Origin: Amoebophrya sp. A120
Taxonomy: Eukaryota; Protista; Dinoflagellata
Direction of reading: 5' to 3'
Assembly: GCA_905178155.1 (NCBI GenBank)
Contig: CAJINV010000006.1
Coordinates: forward strand, 3,160,437-3,224,436
Length of the DNA: 64,000 nt
Notes under the pieces: model-generated
Told to the model about the DNA's origin: nothing
Database searches by the model: none
The model's input: only the letters and a program-made list of their open reading frames with translations
Shown here: positions 24,131 through 36,100 of the stretch, one piece after another
How the letters are laid out: every line of letters starts with the position of its first letter
How positions within the stretch are numbered: the stretch's first letter is position 1
Program-made: the position numbers and the translations under genes

Positions 24131-27100
24131 ATGAAAATGCCTTCCCAGCATGAAGGTAAGTATCGCACCTGCAGTACGATGATATTAAGGGTGTAAAAGC
24201 ATGAAGATGCTGTCGTGCGGGCTCTACTATTAGAAACAAGTCCAAGTGCTTGATTATGATTTTCTGAGGCCGCACTGCATCCGCCAAATTTAAAGATGTG
24301 GTATGAACTGCAAAAGTAACGTACTAGTATAAATTGCAATACAAATTGGCTCAGCATTACAAATTGAATTTGTAATGCGGATTTGCCTTAGGAACTACAT
24401 TTGTGATGCATAAATGCAATTAGTACGCGTACGATACTTTTGCGCAGGATATGTGGTGGACCGGGCGGATTCCCGGCATGTCCGAGGAGGACGACCGGAA
24501 GCTCTTTGAAGAAGAGAAAAAGGCTATCAAACAGAAAAAGTTCGTCACGATCACTCGTGCGCATTTTTGCAATGCAAAACTTTCTGTCATGCGTAAAAAT
24601 GCATCACAGCCAAACTTCGTAAGGGGTCTCCCTAGTGTCGCTAAAAAAATTTGTAATGCAAAGCGTGCGAGTAGTTAGTGACTGTGGCAAACTTTTTCTC
24701 TTCATAAATGCGGAGCAGTTGGGCCAGGACCTGATGCAGGAGATCATGGATTTGTTGGGAGAGATATCGAATGCAAAGAACATCATTTCTGGGTGGAGGT
24801 CTGGGAAATAATTGCGACGAGATTTATCGTCATGCTACTAGTCTGGCATGGCAGGAGGAGACTCTCCTTCTGGGCTGCTCTGTATTGCGTGGCCGCAGCG
24901 AGCTCCTCTTGCCTGTCATGCAAAAAGGCAATTTCAAATGCGGAGTACGCAACTCAGAACCACGGAAAAACTTTTCATGCTTGACTTGCATAGTTTATTA
25001 CTGTGGGCTCATTGATATTCCCGGACCCGCATCACAAGTTATTTCCCGACTCACACCCAGACTACATATTCGCAGTTGATAAGAAAACGGACCACCGCCG
25101 ATACCCCCGATCAGGTACTGTTGTTTCTTCACGTCTGTAGTTCATGCAAGACGTTGTCAAGTATGAAATTTGTGATGCTGATTAATATTTCCGATAGCAT
25201 AGACTTCTGCCTCGTTTGCGTCTGTGCTGCATAAAGAATCCTCGATCCCGATGCATAAAGCCACACGACGAGAAATTGAAACTCAAATTGTCTATACCTT
25301 CATCAGCTTCGAGCGCGTTCCTGGCGATATGCAGGGCTTGGTAAAGCCGCGAGAAATCCACGTGCTATCCTGTGCAAAAGTATCGATCGTACTCGTATAA
25401 ATGCATTACAAATTTTCTATCTCAGCATGAGAAATAAAATTTGTAATGCGGATTTACCTTGAGAAAAAAAATTGTAATGCATGACTGCAATTACTACGAG
25501 TGCGATGCTTTTGCAGTGGATACGTGCGCGGACCGAACAACGCGCCAGTCCCCTACCGCGGTCCGGGCAAAACACCCTACTACAGGATAAGCAACACGGA
25601 GGCGACGATCGTGAAGCAGATATGCATTGCAAATGTGTCTGGGTCTGGAAGGCTACAAGGTTTGTCATGCTTGTCTGGCATGACTGAAGAGCTTGTGATG
25701 CGTGTCCAAGAAGAGGCGCTTTTTCTTGTCATGCAAAACGCAGTTTGCCATGCGGAAAGCGCAACACTAAGCCACGCAAATATTTCTCATGCTTGGTTGT
25801 GCATTACAGACGAGAGCTCACTACTCACAACTCAGCATTCCAAGTTCTTTCCTGACCCAGACATGTGCGCATTCGATAACAGACTTTGGAGTACAATGGT
25901 TTCCGAGAATTGACAACCAACGGGATCGGGCTGGGCATTAGCCCGCACGATTGGGTGGTCCAGTGGTCGGGGCCGAACTACTATGCACAGTAAATTGATA
26001 TTCGTCGTCCCGTATAGTACACGTACAAATTATGCGGTGTCTGCATGACAAAACTGGGCTCCCCTCCGATGCTAGTTTAGCATGACAAGTGTTCCTAAAC
26101 TCCAAATTGGGGAAGTTTGTGATCCACATCTTGTACAACATGCACGGGACGAATAATTTTGTGTTGCATAATTGCCGTGACTACGTTTACCAAAACCTGC
26201 ACGAATATCAGTACGTGAACCACTTTTCGGGCTTATCCTGTGTAGAATTTACGTGGTCCCCACCTCCACAGAGTTTCCATGCAGAAGATCATTTGCAACG
26301 GCAGAAACATTTGTGATGCGCATGTCGCCCATAATAGGCATAATTTCCAATGTCGTCTTTTGGAATATGTAATGCTGGAAACAGCAGACGGATTATTTGT
26401 AGTAATGCGGCTGTCCTAGTCCTTTCCACTAAGCGTAAGCTGCACTGCAATACGGACTGCAACTTGCGCTTGCCATACGTGTTGACTCCCAAAATAACTT
26501 GGATGCTTGTGTTGCAAGAAAATCGGCATCGTGACAACTCCCGGGCGGGGACGACGTGTTTCCTCAGGATATGGCTCCACGGAAATGACCCGGAAAGACC
26601 GGATTTGGTGCCACTTTCAGGCGATGCAGCGACTTATGCACCGCAACTATGTCTGGGTCTGGAAACTTGTAATGCAAGTCAGTCAATAAGGAATGCGAAT
26701 GCACTGTAATGCGTCGCCAAGCATGACAAGTTTTTTCGTGCTTCTGTGCAGCGTATTCCGCATGAGAAACTGCGTCCTCTTGCTGGGCACAACCAACATC
26801 TGTCCAAAACAGCCTAGGGCCAAGACGACACCGCGAGGACGACCACAGGGGGTTCGTCTCAATGATGATGATGATGATGATGACAGGCGAGAGAGCCTGT
26901 TTGTGGCCATGCAATACAGAGTTAAGGGTCATGCCGGACCAGCATGACAAACCTCGGAATCTTCCAGTAGACCCAGACATTTTTGCATTCGATACGACTG
27001 TTCGGAAAGTTGCAGTTTGACTTCGTCCCCGAGACGTTTGTGATTCCGGACCAATTGGAAGCGTTTATCCAGGTTTACGAGAAAACGGACTACCTCTGGA

Positions 27101-30100
27101 TTGTCAAGCCCCATGCGAGTATTGATTTTTTTACTATAACGTTAACTTTGCATGACTGATTTTCGCTCTCCTAGTGCAACTGCATGACAGACTTTTGTTT
27201 TCGATCTACAGTACTAGGAAATCTATTTCTTTTCGGAAGAATATATAGCATTCGAAACTTGATGAACTTCTTCCTCTTCTACACTAAAGGTTCCCGCGGA
27301 CGCGGCATCTTCATTCTCCAGGAGCTCTCCGAGATCCCGCTCGACTGCCTGACGGTGATATTATCCTGTGCAAAAGTATCGTACTCGTAGTATTCGCAAT
27401 CATGCATCACAAATCTCCTTCCTAAGCTAAATCCGCATTACAAATTCCATTTTTCATGCTGAGGGAATTTGTCATGCGATTACTATATATTATATTCATG
27501 CGAAAAAAGAGGTAGACAGAGGGTAAACAAGAGGTGGCCGAGAGGTCAAAAAGAGGTCAAAAGAGGTAAAAAAGAGGTCGACAGAGGTGGAGAGGTGGCG
27601 CGGGGCCCCATTCGAGAGGGTCGGCGCGAGTATAGCCCGCCGAAGCGCTCACCCTAAAGCGCCGCCTAAGTGCCTGAGAGGGTGCAGGGAGGTCAAAAAG
27701 AGGGGGCGCGAGAGGTCGACAGAGGTGGAGAGAGGTGGCGCGAATAAGGGGCGACCTCTCGCGGACCCTCTTGGCCACCTCTCGGCCACCTCTGTCGACC
27801 TCTCCCCGCGAGTATAGCCGGATTATTAGCGGGGACCCCCAAAAGAGGTCAGAAAGAGGGTCTGCGGGAGGTCTGCGAGAGGGTGAAAGCACGCCCAAGC
27901 GGGCGCGAATCCGCATGGCACTCCTCATATTTGGCATTGCAGGCCATTCGCGATCTTGTTTTGTTCGGCGCCTTTCCGCGCCACCCTCTCGCGCACCCTC
28001 TCGCGCCACCCTCTCGCGCCACCCTCTCGCGCACCCTCTCGCGCCACCCTCTCGCGCCACCCTCTCGCGCCACCCTCTTGCGCCACCCTCTCGCGCAACC
28101 CTCTCGCGCCACCCTCCCGCGCCACCCTCTCGCGCTACCCTCTCGCGCCGGGCGGCTTCTGTTCGCCCCCGGTGTTCTTTTCAGCTGCTCCCTGCGCAGA
28201 GCGCCCACAGGCGCGGGAAGCGCGCAAGTGGTCCTGCGGGTTGGCGCGGTGCAAACTCCAGTATGTTTCGTTGTGCAGGACTCCAGTGCGTGTCGTTGTG
28301 CACAGACCCGTGGCGTTGTGGTCCGATCGGCAAACTGTCTCGCCCCGGCCCAACAGCCTTGCGCTCCGGCGGCAGCCGGAGCATGGCTGGTTTATACTAG
28401 TGCGATGCTTTTGCATTTCATAGATATGCCGCTACGTCGAAAATCCCTACTTGATCCAGGGTCTGAAGTATCAAATGCAAATATCGATCTGGGTCTGGAA
28501 GGTCGCAACTTGTCATGCTGTCTTTCGATTCTAAAAAAATCATCATTGCATGACCAGCAAGAGGAGTCCAGATTGTGCTACGCGGGGTACAGGTCGTTTG
28601 TCATGCGGGAGAGGCATCAGGAAGCCCTCAAAATAAAATCTGTGATGCTAGCTCTTGCATTCCAGGCCTCATGGGTCATGCGAAATATGCATGACAAACC
28701 TGGGAATCTTCCAGACCCAAACATTTTTACAATCCATATGCAGTTCGACCTGCGCCTCTACGTCCTGGTGACCGGGTTTGACCCCTTGCGAATTTACCTG
28801 TTTAAGGAGGGCTTGACCCGTTTCGCCTCCTCGGTTTTTAGCACCACGGAAGAGGATATGACAGTGCACAACTACCCCTTCCCCTCATTTAATGTGTTGC
28901 ATGAACGGCAATACAAGCGTCAGAAAGAGTGCCTATTTTGCATGACAAATTTGCACAGGAGTGTAGTACTGTTTGGGCTTCTGGAGTTTGTCATGCAAAC
29001 AGTGCCAAGGGGCAGAGCCCGGATTTGCTATTTTGCATGACAAATAAGGGGGAGGGGGAGTAGTTGTGCACTGTCATAGAGGACTTGGGAAACGTTTACA
29101 AGCATTTAACCAACTACAGGTACTAGGAATTTTACGTACAGACAATGTATAGCTTGTTCTACTTTATTGCTGTATGGCTACTTTATTTTTTTGCATCAAT
29201 CAAATACATCTACTCGTCATGCGACTTGGAAGTAATTCCGCATGACAAAATTCGTCTGAACATGATAAAAAAATACAGTATCAACAAGTACGCGTCAAAC
29301 TTTGTCGAGAACGAGGACGCGGCGCAGGACAACGTGGGGCACAAATGGAGTTTATCGGCTTTGAACAAGCATCTATCAAATGCAAATATGTCTGGGTCTG
29401 GAAGAGTGTAAACTTGTCATGCAGGTTTTCCATGACCCTTGAGGCCTGGAATGCGGGACCTAGCATGACAGAGTCTGTGAGGTCTCTATCATGCCTATCC
29501 TGCATGAGAAACTCCCTCCCAACTCGGTCGAAAGTGGACAGCCTTTGGCACTCATGCAACACAGATTTTTGCATGATTCCGATTCGGATTTAGCATGACA
29601 AGTTTACACTCTTCAAGACCCAGACGCTTTTGCACTGCATAACATCTTGCTTGCTGCAATGTGGACGTGAAACTCATGTGGTCTCGGATCATCGACGTGC
29701 TCATAAAGTGCATCCTTTCCGTCGAATATCCATTGCAAATAATGTCATCATCCATGCGCCGTCTGGATTTGTGATGCAACTGCAAGCTTTACATGGGGCT
29801 ATAGATTTGAATTTGTGTTGCCGTTGCATGAAGAGGATAATTAAGTACTACTAGCAAGTTTTTTTTTTTTGCCATGCGAAATACAACTTAGTAGAACTAG
29901 AACTACTCAGCTGGCAAAAATATGCATACCTGTCTGTATGTAAATAGATTTCTGATGTGGTACTGTCCCTACCTAGTCTGAACGTAGCCATCAAAGCGGC
30001 CTCGCGCCATGCGAGGCTCCTCAGCATGAAGACAAGTAAGACCCTCCTTGTTTCCAGACCACCCGGCTTATCGACATTCTTTGCAGTTGATATTGAAAGA

Positions 30101-33100
30101 CCGATTGTGAACAAGATGAAGTCGACGGTGAGCTGGCGGAGTAACTGCTTCGAGCTGTACGGCTTTGATTTGTTGCTCGATGAAGGGTTATATGCATTGC
30201 GAAAGCATCGTACTCGTATAAATGCATTATAAATTAGCCCAGCATTAAAAATTGAATTTGTATTGTATTGCATAAATGCAATTGCTACGAGTGCGATACT
30301 TTTGCAAAGGATAGGCTAAAACCGCACCTACTGGAGGTGAATTTGTCCCCGTCCATGCAGGCCGACACGCTATGCATTGCAAATATCGATCTGGGTCTGG
30401 AAGATGAATGCAAGTTTGTCATGCTTGTCTGGGATGACTCTTAAATCTGTCATGCACGTTTTTACCCAAGAAGAGCCCCATTGTTCTGTCATGCAGAAAC
30501 GCACCAGTTTGTAATGCAGAATAGGAGAAGCTCAGAAACTTGCCATGCTGAGCCCGCACTTGTGGCCTCCTCCTGATACGCCACGCAGCATCGCAAGTTT
30601 CCAGACCCAGACGCATTTGCAGGTCATACACGCCGTTGGATTACAAAGTCAAATCCGCGTTGGTGCAGGAAACGTTTAATCTGGTATACTGACTTGAATT
30701 TCTCATGCAGTTTATCGCTTGATGCTTTGGCTTTGTCATGCTTGTGGGAACTACAAGTCGAGGTGGACCACTTTTAAACCAATGAATCAGCTCGGGCCCA
30801 AGCTCGCGGACCAGAAGCAGCTCGGTGAAACCCGATGGAAATCCCGGGCGAAGCAGCTGAAGCGGCAAGGCCAGCGGATCCCCTACGGCCAACCTCTATG
30901 CATTGCAAAAGTGATATCGTACTAGTTCTAGTAGAAATTGCAATAGAAATTGGCGCAGCATGACAGATGGAATTTGTCGTGCTGATTCAGTTAGCGAAGG
31001 AGATTTGTCATGCTGCATGACCACTGCGATAATTACTAGGTGTGCGATATTACTTTTGCACATGGGATAACCCCTCGCCGCAAGCAACGCCGGTTCTTCG
31101 ACTGCCTACGCGTCTGCACAGTATCAAATGCAAAAATGTCTGGGTCTGGAAACTTGTGATGCAAGGAAGGCAATAGTGAGCTCACTATAATGCGCTACCA
31201 AGCATGACAAGTCTTTTCCCCCTTCTGAGTTGCGTATTCTGCATGAGAAGCTGCGTTTTTGCATGACAGGGAAGAGGAGCTCTTCGGGGCCATGCAATAC
31301 AGAGTTCAGAGTCATGCCAGACTAGCACGACAAACACAAATATCGCAATCTCCCAGACCCAGACATCTTTGCATTTGATACACAGGCACTGAAGCCAACA
31401 GTTTTGAACACGCCAGCAGCGAGAGCGCGGGAAGCTATCCTGTGCAAAAGTATCGTACTCGTATTGCAGTCATGCATTACAAATCTTTCTCTTAAGGTAA
31501 ATCCGCAATACAAATTTTATTTCTCATGTTGAGGAAATTTGTAAATGCATTTTTAGGTTTACGAATACGATACTTTTGCAATTCATAGAAGCGGAGCGGC
31601 AGCAGAAATTCCACAACTTACAGAAGAAGAACTTGCCCCTCGCCACGTTAGGGGAAAAACCGCTGCGGCTGCTGCTCTATCAAATGCAAAAGTGTCTGGG
31701 TGTGGAACAGTGGAACTTGTGATGCAGATCTTGCATAATTCCTGGAAACTCTGTGTTGCACGAGCAGCAAAAGAGGAGCTTGCTTTGTCATGCAGAAACG
31801 CCATTTGTGATTCGTGGTAGGCATCAGCAGGCGTCTCCAAAACTTGTCATGCCTGGCTGCCATTGCAAGCGCTTCAATCATGCTCAATTCAGCATCACAC
31901 ATTTCCAGACCCAGATATATTTGCAGTACATATGCTCGAATGTGTCCAGGAATTCAGTATGGCGCACGACTTCATCCGCGTTTTTCCGACGCAGGCCAGC
32001 GTCAAGCGGTACGGACACATGATAGGAATCTATGAACTGCAAAAGCATCGTACTCGTATTGCGATCATGCATTACAAATTTTTTTCTGAAAGCAAATCTG
32101 CATTACAAATTTTATTTGCCATGCTGAGGAAATTGCATTTATACGAATACGATACTTTTGCACAGGATAGAATCGGGTCGACCGCAAAGTCCATGTCTGC
32201 GAGTCAACTCCTCTGTCTAGCCTTGTTTAACGAGCCCCGATTGGCGCGAGCGCGAAATGGGTCGCTGCGGTATCAAACAAAATCGTGCTAACGTTAACGG
32301 TTTTCACAGCTGGCAGTTATGCATTACAAATTTTGCCTTCCATGCATGCTACGCAACACAAATTTGGGCAACCTTTCTGATGCGTTACGGCATCACAAAT
32401 TCCGTTAACGTTAACGCTTTTTCTTGTGATACGCGGAGGTCGTTAACCAGAGGATCAAATGCGCAAACGAATAAAACGCCCTCTACTTCTCCCAACAAAC
32501 AAACCCCCGCGGTGCAGATCGACAACGAGGAGGACGGCATTTCTGCGGAAACCGCATCTGCGATTAATGCCCTGAACAAGCAGGGGGCCAGTGAGTTCGA
32601 CGACGTAGCGAGCACGGCATATGGGAGTGTCAGGATCGAAATCGACAAAGTTGAAATGACTTGCATGCAATGCATAAAATCGATGCAACCAGTTGAAAGG
32701 CCAATTTCCAAGCGGCGCATGACGAATTTCGGCACCGTCTAAATCCAGTTTGTCATGCTGGTTAGGGGCCCCAGAAGGCGTCCTTTGTCATGCTACTTTA
32801 GCAGCTGCATCGCAGGCCCCAAACAGGCTGACAGTCGGCCTCACTTGCCATCCCTGCAAGAGAGGCAGTTCATGCCTTGCAATTTATGCATGAGAAATTA
32901 TCTCAACGTTGACGATTTCCAATCCTGACGCCTCCATACGGCAAGCGGAATCTCCCAAACCACCGCGACGAGTAGCAACTTCACCGGTGTAAGTAGTGTG
33001 ACCGGAATAGGAACAAATGCGAGTCATTTAGCCGGGAATCATGCCAGTGGCGGGATATCGAATTTTGTTTCCGGGAACAGCTCATCGAGTAGTAGTTCGA

Positions 33101-36100
33101 GTTCGTCCTCAAACGTCGCTGCGGGTGGGGGGAATATCAATCACAACCTGGGTGGAAGAGGATCCTCGGCGAAAAACAGAGTCGAGTCGCCAGATTTAGC
33201 CGCCTTATCCCGCGCACGAAATTCGAACCGGGACAAGTCGAGGAACGGCGAGAAAAAGGGAAAATCAGGCAGAAGAAAATCGATAAATCAGTACTATCAG
33301 AATACGAGCGGGTTAGGGGTTTACGCCGATGGGGGATTGGGAGAGGGAGCAGAGGACGCCGGGGAACAGGGGGGAAGGTATAGATAGTTTGAACCAGGAG
33401 GCTTTTGAAGCAAGATGCATGCAAGGAGATTCACTACTTCTACTACCCATAGACAACATGAGCATGATCTTTACGGGCAGAGTAGCCTTACAGACACTGT
33501 ATATCGTACTCTTACAAAAAGAAAAACATGTAGGAACGCCGACACTTCGTCTCAACACACAATGAATCTATCAGGTGGCCCCTCTTCCAGGACGAGCCGC
33601 CGCCAATCCAGCGAAGCCGGACTCTATCAAATGCAAAACGGTCTGGGTCTGGAAGGATGCGAACTTGTGATGCATACTTGGATGACACAAAAATCTTCTG
33701 TCATGCTTAGACAGCAAAGGGAGCTCCTTTTCCTGTCGCCGAAAGTAGGTGTTTGCTGTGCGGGTTAAGCATTGGGAAACCGTCTCAAAAGCTGTGATGC
33801 TAGGCCTTGCATGGCACACCTTGCTTCTGTGTCAAGCAGACACAGCATCACAAACCTCAGCTGGATTCTTCCAGACCCATACACTTGTGCAATGCATAGA
33901 GTCAGACGCAGGAAAATTTGAACGGGCGTTCGAATCGGCAAAGTGTTTCTCCCACCAGGAACAGCGGCGGGGGCAACGGCGGGAATAGTAGCAGCTCCAC
34001 GAATATGGATTGCAAAAATGTCTGGGTCTGGAAGATTGCAACTTGTGGTGCTGTTTTTGGATTCCAAATAAAAGATCTGTATTGCATGACCAGCAACAGG
34101 ACTCGGACTCCAGTTTGTGTTACGCGGAGAAGGCATTTCTCATGCGGAATAGGCATTAGGAAGCCCTCTAAAAATCTGTGTTGCTAGATCATGCAGTAGA
34201 GGCATCAATCATCATACAAAATATGCATGACAAGTCTGCACTTTTCCAGACCCAGAAATTTTTGCATTTGATAACGAAGAAGCTCGCCAAGTCGAAAGCC
34301 CACACGGTGAATCAGTACCCCGCAACAGGGAACAACAATAATTCCACGTCAAACGACCAGCTAACGAGGAGCAACAGTTTAAACAACTCAAACTCGTCCT
34401 CTCAAGAGCAGCAATACCAGCACCAGCAGCCTCTGGTCAGCCCCGCGAATCTGATACAGAAGAAGGAGCAGATGAAGAACTTCATGCGGTATGAGGATCA
34501 TAATGAGCAAGAGCAGGCCATGCGGGATTTGCAGCAGAGCCAGAACGGCGGGAACGGAACAGCAGGGGGAAATAACAGCAGTAGTACTTCTTCTAACGGA
34601 GAGCAGATTCTAAACACCCACAACTTCTATTGGAGCACATCGGTCGTTATGAATTGCAAAAGTTGTATCGTACTCGTATAAATGCATTACAAATTTCCTC
34701 AGCATGAGAAATGAAATCTGCAATGCGGATTTACCTATACGAAAAAGATTTGTGATGCATAATTGCGATTGCTGCGAGTGCGATACTTTTGCACAGGATA
34801 GTCGTGAGTACTGAGGGGTCGAAACGAGGGCTGGATGCGTTGGAGAAGAGAATAAATGGGATGATATCATGTGTAAAATCGTCCCCACGACCCCATAGGC
34901 AAGCTAATTGGGAACTCGCAACACAGATCCAGAGATTTTGGGAGCCGCGCATGACAATTTGCAGTCCGTAGTGTAGTGTATGTTACCAGCAAGGAAAACT
35001 GCATCACAAGAAATCCATCTGCTTATCCTGTTTACAGCGTTACAAATTCGAAAACGCGAATGGAAACGCTTCTCATGGAGATGCGCATTACCAATCGTCC
35101 TCCAATCGCAAATCTGCATGACAAAAACTATGAACTGGGGACGTTTTTACACAGGATAGATGAACGGCAGTAGTTCCGTCGCGAACGCGAGCAACTTCGC
35201 GGCACATATCCTCTGCAAAAGTATCGTACTCGTACTCATCGCATTTATGCATTACAAATTTTTTTGCCAAGTTAAATCCGCATTACAAATTCGATTTACT
35301 ATCATGCTGAGGAAATTTGTCATGCGATTCATACAAGTGCGATACTTTTGCAGTTCATAGCACAGATGCTGCAGCAACAATTGCCCCAGTTCACAGTGAA
35401 TCCAGAAAAACCCCCACCGCCAATGCACCAGGAGGCGTATCATAACTCCTCGCCAAGATCGTCGCATCATCAGCGGAGTGTGAACAGGGACGATAGAGAG
35501 AGGGGCAGAAGTAATGCCGTTATCCACAGTAAATTTCCCGTACACGACGTGCAAATGCGGTCTCCGCATGACAAAACTTTGCTATGATCCTAGTTTAGCA
35601 TGACAAGTTTTGCGCTCCAAATTAGTGAAATTTGTGTATGCATCTTGTACATGTACGGGAAATTTGTATTGCATAGCCGTGAAGCAGAGTTACCAAACAG
35701 GAGCCGGGGGCACTGCGTCGCCGAGCGGTCGGAGCCCACCGGGAAAGAGTAGACAGCCGGTGATTGGCGCGGGCAGCGGGTATATATAAATGCATTACAA
35801 ATTTCCTCAGCATGAGAAAGAACATTTGTGATGCGGATTTACCTTAAGAAAATGATTTGTAATGCATGACTGCAATCAATAATTATCATGGGCGCAGCTG
35901 ATAAAAAATTTCGTCCGGATTTCGTCCGTTTTTTTGATATTTTTTTTGAAAATTTTTTTTTTGCCCCTTTGGAGGCGCCCGGCTTTGTGCCCTCTCCAGC
36001 ATCTATTAGCGCAGTGGGGCGTGCTCTGGGCCTGAATCTTCCCGGCCCTCGCTCCCTAACCCACGGCCACACCGCGGGCGTCGCCAGCATGTTTCGCGCG

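Noticed and set aside
27883-29040. 385-aa ORF as one protein
   Set aside because: Chance read-through of minisatellite, introners and one true TTL exon (FDLRLYVLV...).
24302-35675. Repeat-spacer pattern resembling a CRISPR array or integron cassettes
   Set aside because: Repeats are long and heterogeneous, the spacers are consecutive exons of one eukaryotic gene, and no cas or integrase gene is present.
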